The notes under the pieces were generated by a model. That model was not told where the DNA came from. It ran no database searches and saw only the letters and a program-made list of their open reading frames with translations. This document shows, piece after piece, positions 1-13,231 of a stretch of DNA of 26,557 nucleotides. The position numbers were made by a program, and so were the translations under genes. Source of the stretch: Macrostomum lignano (lineage: Eukaryota); the NCBI GenBank assembly GCA_002269645.1, contig NIVC01005089.1, positions 1-26,557 of the forward strand. The letters run 5' to 3'. The stretch's first letter is position 1. Each line of letters opens with the position of its first letter.

Positions 1-418
1 ACTCCTTTCTCTCTCCTTTCTCTCTCCCTCTCGCACGCACTCTCCGGGTCCCCAAAAACTGCGCCGCCTCGATCTCTCCTGGGCCTCCGAACGCCGACCT
101 ACCCTTGCTACATCACTTATCCCGACACTTCCCCGGCCCCCTCTCAGCCTCCTCAAAAGGCTCTATCGATTTGCTGGCACTGCAGCAGAGAAGCGACTGA
201 ACTCCAAAAAACCGGCGGATGCTCGATTGTGCATTGTTGTTGGACTTGTTATCGACGCTCGCTGGTAACAACAATACCCGATTGGTCTAGTTCCGAGCTG
301 TCCATTCGGCCAGCCATCCATGCCATCTACCCTTTAGTCGAACTCCCAAGAAAGAAATCAATAACGAAACGTTTCAACGCTTTGCTTAAAGGTGAAGAAA
401 GCAACAATACTAAAAAAG
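1..418 (+). other. Candidate non-coding upstream (5'UTR) exon, possibly of SoxD
   Basis: Consensus donor AAG|GTGAGT at 419-424. It is preceded by CT-rich/GC-rich promoter-like sequence with no credible ORF. The link to SoxD is inferred from orientation only. Confidence 0.3.
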
Positions 419-2299
419 GTGAGTTCCTGTCTGTGGTCCTTGGGGTTTTGAGTCTTACTATTTGCAATTGTCAACAACAGGGTGCATGTAAGAGACACGA
501 CTTTTAAAAGCTAAAATTTCACCTTGTCGAGCTAACGCTAAATTGTTTTGCTCAGTGATTGGGATCTGGGGTCTCTTGCCCCACTATAGCAAAATTTATT
601 TTCCTGGCGACTGAACAATGACTGTGGGAATCTGGGTGCTCTGGCTCTGACTCGTGACCTCCTCCTGCTCCTCAAGATGAAGCTACATATACGCCACTGA
701 AGGTGATCTCCGAGCTGAACTCTGAGCAGTCTCTGGTGTTCGAATTTCCTATTGGTTTCTATTCACTATTCACGCAGAATTTGGCCACTATTCGAGCCAT
801 ACCTTATATCTTACCTCCTACTGTCTGGGCAGTGAGTGAGGTCCGGTCCAGTATTCGCTTTGATCTGCTTATAACCCCTGCTAGTAATCGCTATTAATAG
901 AACGCTGGAAATGTAAGTATAGATTTGCATTTTAAGCTGACATACGCACGGCACGATCGACGCATTGTCATGCATGCTAACTAGACTATAGCCTTTTATT
1001 GCAATTTTTGCTATTGCAATCTATCGCTGACCACGAGCGTGCTGTAACAATAAGGATAGACGGATACTGGAAAGTAATATTGGATATCGAGGTCGATAAG
1101 TGTTGCCTTAGAGTAGAAGTTTAAGACTTTTCAAATCATTTTTACTTTCATGTATCTTCTGAGTTCAAAGCAAAAAGCTTGTGTGCATTGTACTTGTAAT
1201 TGCAGAGGCCTATGGAAAACATAAATATAATTTAAGCAGGAATAGAAAGTGGAGCTGAGCGCCTTGTAGCTTGTTGCAAAGGGTGGTGGCTTCGGATATG
1301 AGCTTTGCTTTGTAGTTGAAGGACACACATGGCCCATTCAAACGGTTGATACTGTGCTGTACATGCACACAGCCTAAGTCGGACCAGGCGGGGCGCACTG
1401 CGCTCACAGGAAAACCGCTACAACGGAGTCAAGTGTTGTTGGAATTCTTTCTTATTTCAAAATTGCGCCTTCTAATTTAGCTCGTACCTCCAACCCTTCT
1501 TCCTTTCTTTTCAACCAGCCACGGCAGCGACCAACCCACGGCTGGGTGGGACTGACTGCTTGCGCTGGCAGCATCAGCCCTTATTTTTCTAGCCCCGTCT
1601 CGCCAATTTTAGTAGCAGCGGGTGGGTATACTTAATTTTAATAATGGACCCCTACCCCTCACTCCGCTATTCTCTGCCTTTGCCCCACCCCTCAACCCTT
1701 TCCACCCCACCCGACACTTAAACCCTTCCCCCACTGATAAGGACAGAATAGAAGGGGCCCGCGCGCCAACTTTGGGGTGGGTGTACTTGTAGCCTTTCTC
1801 CACTCTTTACTTTGGCTCGTTTTATGGCCTTAGTCTGGTGCGCCAATCCACAACCCCCCGTCCCCCCAACCAGTTCATATAGTCTCTTATAATGGAGGGG
1901 GAGAACATTTTGTGCGCCACATTAGGATGAGGGGGTCAGGTTGAATACAATTGTAAAGGCCTCACTGCGGCTGGGTGTCGCTGTATAAGCCTTAGCCTTG
2001 TGTAGCTTAATGGCACTCTTCTCTCCGCTAAAGCGAGCGCCCTCTTCCTTCCAACCAATTGTTTATTGTGCATTTTGCCACCCGAGCGAAGCCTGTTCAG
2101 ACTTTGGGGAGGGGCAGCAAGACTAAAAAGAGCGAACGAGCGAGCGAACGATACAGACAGAACCGAATACAACAGTTGCGTGAGCTATTTTGAACAAGGC
2201 AAAACAGGTTTTTCTTTCTTCTGGCTAGAACACATTCCATTTTCTCTTTTCTTAGTGAGTCAGTCCTAGACCAGAATAGAATTGTTTCTTTTTATTTTT

Positions 2300-2618
2300 C
2301 TTCTCTCTACTCTCACTTTCTAGGCGAACAACCACCAAAAGGCCGCAAGCCCAAGTCTATTTTTTATTCACCGGGCAAAATTCGACTAAAAAGTGTTATT
2401 TTCTTTTATTTGAACAATAAAATTTCTGGCTTGGAATCTTCTAGCCCACGTCTGTGGACAGTAATCGATAGGCAAAGTGAGTATAATTCAAAGACATTTT
2501 CCAAGAGGAATTATACCCAATCAATATTCGACTTTGATTGCTGTGTGCAATATATATTTTCGAGTGTACTGTATTGTGCCGCCTGCTCCGGACCTCGAGC
2601 CGAGACTAAACAACAGGG
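2300..2618 (+). other. Candidate second non-coding upstream exon (5' boundary approximate)
   Basis: Donor GGG|GTGAGT at 2619-2624. Upstream sequence (about 1600-2200) has CCAAT and G/C-run motifs. No credible ORF. Confidence 0.25.
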
Positions 2619-4400
2619 GTGAGTACGAGTAACAATCTGATCTGCGATAAAGCAAATTTTTGTAGTTGCTACCCGCCGGCGGGTAGGGTTTCTTTAGTTC
2701 GGTTCCTGGAAATTCGGGAAAGCCTCTGCGATCTAAAGGTCCAATAGTCCATGCTAATTTGAAATTCGAACCAAAGCCGGAAAATAGTTTTTTTAAAATA
2801 GCCAATTAAACAAAAGTGGCTTTGTTAACCTGTTAATTATTTTTATTTTCAGTAAATCAACGTTTGAATTTGACACTTTCGGAAAACCGCATCACATATA
2901 GCCTACATACCTGCCGGCTGTCGCCTCGAAAACTCTCTCGTTCTCTCGACCTTTCTTCACTAAATCCCCACTTTTCTGCAACAACAAAGAGGGGAGGACC
3001 TTATATTGAAAGTCTATTGAAAATCCTTATATATACAGGCCTATATCTGGGCGGGAAGAGAGGCGGGCCCAAGCCAGTGTCAGCGCATAATTACACGCAC
3101 ACACACAGCACACACAATTAATAATGGGCGGCGCCATCATCATCATAAGCCCTACAGCCACTTCATCCGCATGTCAACTCTCTAACTCTCACTCAGTAAC
3201 AAAAGACGCAAAATAAAAGGGAGAGAGGCTGTGCAGGCAGCCAGACAATGAGCCCTGCGCCAAATGAATGCAATCTTGACGGCGAGGGGGCGGGGTTGGT
3301 CGATCTCTTTTTTAAAAATCTCAGACTCTCAGAGCTCAATCGGATGAAGCAGCATGCGGGAACGATGCAGGGAGTCAGGTGGATCGAGGGTCGGATAAGG
3401 TAGGTCGGTTGAACTGCCACCACGGGACACGGCGAAGGCATTAGGTGCGTGTTATAATATTCCCTCTCAAGCCGCAGCCACCTCAGATATACCTGGAGCA
3501 TTAGCTGCAGGCTTTGAGACTTTCTTACCTTTCTTTCGTCAAAGCCTTGCTTTCTTCTATTGTCAACCGCCACACCTTTTGTGGCCAACAACAACAACTC
3601 TAGCACAAGATTTCTGCGTGCAATGCAGCTCTTATAATAATTATACACCTTTCTCTTTCTATTGCTTGTTCAACTCCTTTCTCTCATCATCATCGTGTCG
3701 TCTGGGGATTCGTCGCTCAGGACACACCCAGCATCCTCCTTCATCATCACAGACCATGAGTGACCGCAGCTTGTCAGTCACTCGCCGAGCTGCGGGCACG
3801 GGGTGGGGCGGACTGTGGGGATTATAATGTATATACAATTAGAATGAAAAAGGTCGACAACGGACGAGTGAACGACCTGAGGCCCACCAACAATGGCTGT
3901 ATTATTAGTTTTTTTTCTATTGAGTTCAGAGGCCAGACAGTCAGGCTCAGACTGTTGTCGGCTTTAATCTCGCTTGAGTATCGCGTCTAACAATGTCCAC
4001 TACTATAAAATTCTGTAGAATGGTTAAGACGTTATTTTAATTATTAGACCATAACTTTATAAGACATTGTGATGTGACTAGACTATGTTAGTGAAGGTAC
4101 TTATATTATTAAAATGAGGTAATTCAATTGAGTCTCTTTGAAGTAGTTTTACCTATATAGTTAATGGGTCTTTTTGTGCAGTTGCTCATTTTACAGTTGT
4201 TAAAAACACCAAAAACACAATTATTGAGACATCGCTTAAGTCAATCGTCTATTCTAATTTTCCTGATTGTCCCGTACACCTTCCGCCTTGGAAATGCATG
4301 TCGAAATTATAGTTAGGGGAAGGAAATGTATAGCTATTGTGGCCCGATACATAGCGGTCTGGGTGGCGCCATACATTGTGATAGTATTCAGGGGTGAGCC

Positions 4401-5054
4401 GTGCTGGCGCCCCTGGTGCTGTCGCCCCTTGGTGCTGGCGCCCCTGGTGCTGGCGCCCCTGGTGCTGGCGCCCATGGTGCTGGCGCCCCTGGTGCTGGCG
4501 CCCCTGGTGCTGGCGCCCCTGGTGCTGGCGCCCCTGGTGCTGGCGCCCCTGGTGCTGGCGCCCCTGGTGCTGGCGCCCCTGGTGCTGGCGCCCCTGGTGC
4601 TGGCGCCCCTGGTGCTGGCGCCCCTGGTGCTGGCGCCCCTGGTGCTGGCGCCCCTGGTGCTGGCGCCCCTGGTGCTGGCGCCCCTGGTGCTGGCGCCCCT
4701 GGTGCTGGCGCCCCTGGTGCTGGCGCCCCTGGTGCTGGCGCCCCTGGTGCTGGCGCCCCTGGTGCTGGCGCCCCTGGTGCTGGCGCCCCTGGTGCTGGCG
4801 CCCCTAGTGCTGGCGCCCCTGGTGCTGGCGCCCCTGGTGCTGGCGCCCCTGGTGCTGGCGCCCCTGGTGCTGGCGCCCCTGGTGCTGTCGCCCCTGGTGC
4901 TGTCGCCCCTGGTGCTGGCGCCCCTGGTGCTGGCGCCCCTGGTGCTGGCGCCCCTGGTGCTGGCGCCCCTGGTGCTGGCGCCCCTGGTGCTGGCGCCCCT
5001 GGTGCTGGCGCCCCTGGTGCTGGCGCCCCTGGTGCTGGCGCCCCTGGTGCTGGC
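4401..5054. repeat. 15-bp minisatellite (GGTGCTGGCGCCCCT), about 43 copies
   Basis: Directly visible near-perfect tandem array. It accounts for the GAGAP/LAPLV/WCWRP/ASTRG ORFs. Confidence 0.98.
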
Positions 5055-6166
5055 AGCTGGCGCCCTCATGATCCCGTCCTCGTGATGCAGCCCCTAATCC
5101 AGGTTCCGCCCTGGGTTACGGTTAGCTTTGGGGAAGATTAAAGTTATAGGTAATGGTGGAGGTGTTGCCATACATTGTCGTGCCATACCTACACATACCT
5201 GCGCAAACAAATGCAGTACAACAGATGCCCAAAATAGTGTACCAATTGTATACTATAAGCTGAAACAGCCCCCACCCCCAAAGAAATCAGCTGTGAATTG
5301 AGGTTTAAAGAAACCCCTGACTGCTCATGCTGGATGCATATCGTGGCCCATTTTTTCAAAGTCCATGGAGATTGGTAGCCGACGCCCTATAAGATAAATG
5401 CTATAGAATAAGACAGGTGCGCGTTTGCTTCTGACAATTTCTATTTGAGAACTGTCACAATTCTGTCAAGCCGCAATATCAATGCTGACTATAAATAAAT
5501 ACTGTCCAGATGACGATTGATCTCAAAGTTTTATTGGGACAAATGCCAGGTTTCGAGGTCCTGTTTGACTCAGACAGATTGGATAGATAGACACTTCTTA
5601 TCTGTTGAATTGCACCGGTCCCACGAAGTATGCGGTCAAGCAGCTTTTGAGTCCTTCTGAGATCCTATATTGAGGGGGGGGGAGATGCTCAGCTAAGCAC
5701 GGGAACGGCCTGTACAGCATACAGTATGGGTAGAAAGACTGGATTCGCAATCTCAAGACTTGTTTGTATACGAATCGGGCTCCTATTGTGCCACGGCTTA
5801 TATATTCTCTGTATATATATCTCAATCTCCCCTCTTCCAAGCATGAGATTCCCTTGAGCTATTCCTCCCTTGCTCGCCACTATATTTATATTGCCGCCAT
5901 GCCCATGCGCTTCTCTTTGCTCAGACAGCCTCTGTGAGAATCAACAGCCCAATCCAGCCAGGAGATAAGAGCATCTTGGCGGTGGGGATCTCAGACGGAA
6001 AGAAGGAATACAAAGAATCTGATTTGTTCAACTGCGGTGGGTATGGAAGGACAGAGGGTTGATAAAGCCTGACCCACGAAGTGTCTGTTTGTCTGTTTTT
6101 TGACTTATGTTAGCATGGCATGCTTCTTGTCTCGGCTTCACACCTCACGTTTCGGTTTGCCCGCTA

Positions 6167-8295
<2,129 letters not shown>

Positions 8296-8384
8296 GTTTT
8301 GCCATTTTTTATATCCTTTCAATCCGCTCCCAGGTCACTTTTCCCCCCTGTGGGAGGTGGGTTGCCCCTCGCACGCACCCGCCT

Positions 8385-8445
8385 CTGATTGGACCAATTT
8401 GTGCGTGTGCGAAACCTGAGAGAAGCCTTGAGAGCTCTCAGTCCT
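8385..8445 (+). promoter_or_regulatory. Candidate proximal SoxD promoter (paired CCAAT boxes plus Inr-like TCAGTC)
   Basis: CTGATTGGACCAAT at 8385-8398 contains CCAAT on both strands. TCAGTC lies at 8438-8443, about 730 bp upstream of the SoxD ATG. Motif-level evidence only. Confidence 0.4.
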
Positions 8446-9128
8446 TCGGCAGCAGTAGTGTCGAATTGAGAAAGATCGAATCGAATCTCGAAAACCCCCT
8501 TGCATTTTTTAATATAGCTCGCTCTTCAGTGTCTTCTGTTTTAGTAATCTTAACCACTTCAATTTGCCTTCTTTCTTCTTTCCGCGCCCAGTGATTCGTT
8601 TCTCTTTGTTCTCCCCCCTCCTGTTACTCTTCCCAGCCCGAGTCTAAAGCTTCCATTGGACATTGGCCCCACCACACAGCGCCTCCCTCCCCTCAGAGCG
8701 GCCCTAGTGCCGCATTGTTTGTGTAAAAATACTGCAGAGAGGTGCTGCCCGCCAGTCATGAAGCTCCCCCACGGAGGGGGGTTGAGCAACTCGGAGGAGG
8801 GGGTGGGGGTGAAAAAGAAAAGGGGAAAGAAAGGGGAATAAAAAGAAGGAACAAAAACCGGGACGGGGAGTGGAGGAAATGCTCAAAGGCCATTTCTCTT
8901 ACCTAGAACTTAGCTAAGGCCACCCGCAATCCTTGATTCCTTGGCAAGCGAGCGCCCCCCCCCCCAGATCGAACTGTCAGTAGCGTGTGCAATCAGGGAA
9001 ATCGATATTATAGTTTCCCCTTCTCACCTCTCTGAGTCCGACTCTGATTGTCTGCTTCCCTGCCAATTTCGAATTGAGTTCAACAGCTCAAACCACCCCG
9101 GACCGCGTGTTATGCAGGTTTGCCGAAC

Positions 9129-9131
<3 letters not shown>

Positions 9132-9164
<33 letters not shown>
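9132..9164 (+). repeat. (CAG)n tract between two in-frame ATGs of SoxD
   Basis: About 11 CAG units. It encodes poly-Ser if ATG 9112 is used and is 5'UTR if ATG 9172 is used. Confidence 0.9.
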
Positions 9165-9168
<4 letters not shown>

Positions 9169-9171
9169 CGG

Positions 9172-9582
9172 ATGTCTTCAAAACGGAAAACCACGGCTCC
9201 AAGTCGCTTGCTGCTGGGAGGCGGCAGCGGCGCTGGCGGAGGCGAAGGAGCCGCTGCCGCAGCAGCAGCCAAGTCAGCAGCCGCAGCCGCAGCGGCCGCA
9301 GTTGCAGCGGCGGCCGAAGCCTCTTCGTCGGATTTCTCCTCGCCGGCTGGCAGTCCGGACGCTTCACCGTCCGCTGTCGAGTCGACGACGGCCCCGGAGC
9401 TGCTGCCGAGCTCCGCCACGCCCGCCCAGCTGGTCGTTTGGCTTCAAGAGTCCTGCTTTGCCGACGCTGGCGAAGCAGAACAGCTGAACTACCTGGACGA
9501 GTTGCTCAGTCAGCTGAGCCAGCTGCGGGCCCGCCTGTGCCTGAGGATTGGCGGAGTTGGCGGCGACGCTGCTATGGCTTTG
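9172..9582 (+). CDS. SoxD: SoxD coding exon 1 (MSSKRK start, poly-Ala, coiled coil)
   Basis: MSSKR resembles the SOX5/SOX6 N-terminus. EQLNYLDELLSQLSQLRARL (about 9478-9537) has a heptad pattern resembling the SoxD leucine zipper. Donor TTG|GTGAGC at 9583 is phase 0, matching exon 2. Alternative start at ATG 9112. Confidence 0.75.
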
Positions 9583-9604
9583 GTGAGCAAATTTTACTGC
9601 AGCA

Positions 9605-10070
9605 TTGAGGCTCTGCATGACCAACAATGCAATTAGATTTGAGGCTCTGCATGACCAACAATGCAATTAGATTTGAGACTCTGCATGACCAACAATGCAA
9701 TTAGATTTGAGGCTCTGCATGACCAACAATGCAATTAGATTTGAGGCTCTGCATGACCAACAATGCAATTAGATTTGAGGCTCTGCATGACCAACAATGC
9801 AATTAGATTTGAGGCTCTGCATGACCAACAATGCAATTAGATTTGAGGCTCTGCATGACCAACAATGCAATTAGATTTGAGACTCTGCATGACCAACAAT
9901 GCAATTAGATTGAGACCCTCCATGACCAAAAAGACAATTAGATTGAGACGCTCCATGACCAAAAAGACAATTAGATTGAGACGCTCCATGACCAAAAAGA
10001 CAATTAGAGTGAGATTATCCATGACGAAAAATACGAATAAATCGAGATTCTCCATGACCAACAATACAAT
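9605..10070. repeat. 34-bp minisatellite (TTGAGGCTCTGCATGACCAACAATGCAATTAGAT): 9 near-perfect copies plus about 4 degenerate 33-bp copies
   Basis: AACAATG recurs at 9623, 9657, 9691, 9725, 9759, 9793, 9827, 9861 and 9895. Confidence 0.97.
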
Positions 10071-10933
10071 TTTTGATCATGACATAACATTTAATACCTA
10101 AAATTATGCCTAAAGGGATTCCTAAAATTAATTAATCTGATCACAAATTTAGATAACAGATTGGAAATTTTCCCATGCTTGAAGAAGAATTTGGCAGAAA
10201 ACCATGAAGAGCCAAGAAGTCTTTTTAAAGCAGAAGAATCATAATAGTAGTTTTTGTTCCAGAAATACCAGCAATCTGCTTGCTCTCTTCAAAGTTTAGC
10301 ATTTTGCCTGTGCTGAGAAAGAGTGGCGGTAAGGGGTGCACCTCAGCAGAAAGGTGAACCAGTTCTAAGAGAAGAGAAAAGAAATAGATATACAAGAGAG
10401 CCAGTCCACCTGTTTTGGCTCTGCTAAATTTCAAGCCTATTATAGGTTTAGGAGATATATATAGGCAGGCGGCCTAACTTCTTTCAGCTTCAATCGCAGG
10501 ACCAACCCGGGCCCAGACACAGTCTTGGATCGAAAGCATTGAAAAACAGTGCAGTGCGAAAGACCCCAGAGAGGGAGAGAGTGTGGAAGAGCCTTTTTGT
10601 TTCCTATGCCCTCGAAACCAACAACTAGAATGAGATCGCTGCTAAATGGACTGCATAGAGCTATGGAAACTTGATCCGACCATGGACCTGTTGCTGTGGA
10701 GTTGCAGGGCGGGACTGTTTGGAAGTTCCAGACAAAGGCCATACGTCGTATTTACTATGAGATAGATGGAGAGAGACACAGAGAGTAGGCGAGGTGAAGG
10801 GAATTATAAATTTGAGTAGAATTTAGTAACTTTCTATCTATTAGTAACATTCTATAGTTTGTTGACAATAGCAGATTGACTTTTCTTATAATCTTGCTAC
10901 ATACATGTACATGATGTACATCTCAATGCTTCA

Positions 10934-11418
10934 TACACCTCAGTCCCTCATAGACACCCCAGTCTCTCATAGACACCCCAGTCCCTTATTGACACCCCAG
11001 TCTCTCATAGACACCCCAGTCCCTTATTGACACCCCAGTCTCTCATAGACACCCCAGTCCCTTATTGACACCCCAGTCCCTCATAGACACCCCAGTCCCT
11101 TATAGACACCCCAGTCCCTCATAGACACCCCAGTCCCTTATAGACACCCCAGTCCCTTATTGACACCCCAGTCTCTCATAGACACCCCAGTCCCTTATTG
11201 ACACCCCAGTCCCTCATAGACACCCCAGTCCCTTATAGACACCCCAGTCCCTCATAGACACCCCAGTCCCTTATAGACACCCCAGTCCCTCATAGACACC
11301 CCAGTCCCTTATAGACACCCCAGTCCCTCATAGACACCCCAGTCCCTCGTAGACACCCCAGTCCCTCATAGACATCCCAGTCCCTCATAGACACCCCAGT
11401 CCCAGCTAGACACCCCAG
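10934..11418. repeat. 19-bp minisatellite (TAGACACCCCAGTCCCTCA), about 25 copies
   Basis: Directly visible tandem array in SoxD intron 1. Confidence 0.97.
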
Positions 11419-12008
11419 ATCAGCATGACCGCTAAGTCCCATTCATTGTCTCATAGTCTGACAGAACAACTCCGGAAACTGGCGCGCACACAGGGGAATG
11501 ACTCCGCTATATGACTCAGCTCGAAGCCCTCGAAGATAATGGCAGGACCTCCCCCCCCCCCTGCGAACCCGCAAACCCCTCCCAAAAGTAGCAACAGCAC
11601 AAAGCAATGGGAATCAGGAAATTTGTACGACAGTTGGCCTAACAATTCCCTCCCTATTCCCCCCCCCCCTTATCGGAGACCGCCGCCCATTTCTGCCGCG
11701 TAATCTCCCATCTCTCTTTCTTCCCTCCCCTATTCGATTAGAATTAGTCAATGCTGGGCGGGCGACCCGAATTTCGACCGGGGCCCGTTGTTGCAGTTCG
11801 AAATTGAAATTTTACGTTTCTGACTCTGCATTCTGGGCGCCCCCGATGAAGTCCGTACGGGAAATATTCCAAATATTTTTGGTCTGGTTTCCCTCTAACG
11901 CGATGGTTTCTGGCAAGGCTTCGACTTTGTCTTTGTTTCTGCCAGAAAGAATTTAGACTCCGGGGGTTTTTTATTACAGGAACAGGTTGAATTTGGGGAT
12001 AATTAGAA

Positions 12009-12530
12009 TCCTTGAGGTGCCATTCAGGATCCATGAGGCGCCATTCAGGATCCATGAGGCGCCATTCAGGATCCATGAGGCGCCATTCAGGATCCATGAG
12101 GCGCCATTCAGGATCCATGAGGCACCATTCAGAATCCTTGAGGCACCATTCAGAATCCTTGAGGTGCCATTCAGGATCCATGAGGCACCATTCAGGATCC
12201 ATGAGGCACCATTCAGGATCCATGAGGTGCCATTCAGGATCCATGAGGCACCATTCAGAATCCTTGAGGCACCATTCAGAATCCTTGAGGCACCATTCAG
12301 AATCCTTGAGGTGCCATTCAGGATCCATGAGGCACCATTCAGAATCCTTGAGGCACCATTCAGAATCCTTGAGGTGCCATTCAGGACCCATGAGGCGCCA
12401 TTCAGGATCCATGAAGCACCATTCAGGATCCATGAGGCGCCATTCAGGATCCATGAGGCGCCATTCAGGACCCATGAGGCGCCATTCAGGATCCATGAAG
12501 CACCATTCAGGATCCATGAGGCGCCATTCA
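12009..12530. repeat. 21-bp minisatellite (GAGGCGCCATTCAGGATCCAT), about 25 copies
   Basis: Directly visible. It accounts for the RIHEAPF/WCLMDPE ORFs. Confidence 0.97.
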
Positions 12531-12557
12531 AGATTATAGACACCCCAGTCCCTCATG

Positions 12558-12722
12558 GCGCACAGAGTGACAATGACGTGGTAGCACGGAGTGACAATGA
12601 CGCGGTAGCACAGAGTGACAATAACGCGGTAGCACAGAGTGACAATAACGCGGTAGCACAGAGTGACAATGACGCGGTAGCACAGAGTGACAATGACGCG
12701 GTAGCACAGAGTGACAATGACT
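12558..12722. repeat. 24-bp minisatellite (GCACAGAGTGACAATGACGCGGTA), about 7 copies
   Basis: Directly visible. It accounts for the AQSDNDAV ORF repeat. Confidence 0.95.
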
Positions 12723-13231
12723 CTGATCCGTGTGACAAAGTGACAAAGACAATGATCCGTGGAGGTGCTTCGCTGGCTTCGACCATCTTCAGCTTGAAAA
12801 TTGGGGATGGGAACTCTCATCGATTGAGTACCCTTTTGTGTCGAAGATTCCTTTGTTACAGAACTAGCGCACACCAAGTTGTTATTGCCACAAACTTGAA
12901 TTTTCGAGTGGAAACAACAATAGAAATAACTTAGAAACAAATTAGTCAACCATCTGCCGCGATCTTTCCAAGTTTGTCTGTTTTAAAGTCTCCCGCAGTC
13001 CTTCAATTTGATCAGCTCCCATCAAACTAGTGACAATAGAGTGCTCAGCAGTTTCTACCCATTGTTATTACTGAGCACAGGGAGCCATAGATACGAGGTC
13101 GAAAAAAAATTGATAAGACATCTGTGCTTCAAATAACTCATTCAGGTGGATTTTGTGCATTGTTCTATTTATACGAGCTGGTAGTTTACAAGAGTAATAA
13201 CCAGATACACGAGATAGGGTGAGATATTGAG

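Noticed and set aside
229-3990. Short ORFs (60-151 aa) in the upstream region
   Set aside because: No recognisable domains, many have non-ATG starts, and no consistent exon chain could be built.
4254-5141. ORFs of 137-272 aa (GAGAP silk/elastin-like, LAPLV, ASTRG)
   Set aside because: They result from a stop-free 15-bp repeat that is open in several frames on both strands, with no synonymous variation and no credible gene structure.
8941-9111. N-terminal 57 aa of the ORF-track protein starting at TTG 8941
   Set aside because: Non-ATG start with no SoxD similarity. It is probably UTR or intron upstream of ATG 9112/9172.
10225-10742. Possible nested antisense gene or extra SoxD exon (minus-strand polypyrimidine-AG near 10365; plus-strand CTAAC...CAG at 10474-10499)
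   Set aside because: Frames close quickly, there is no compatible donor and no recognisable protein similarity.
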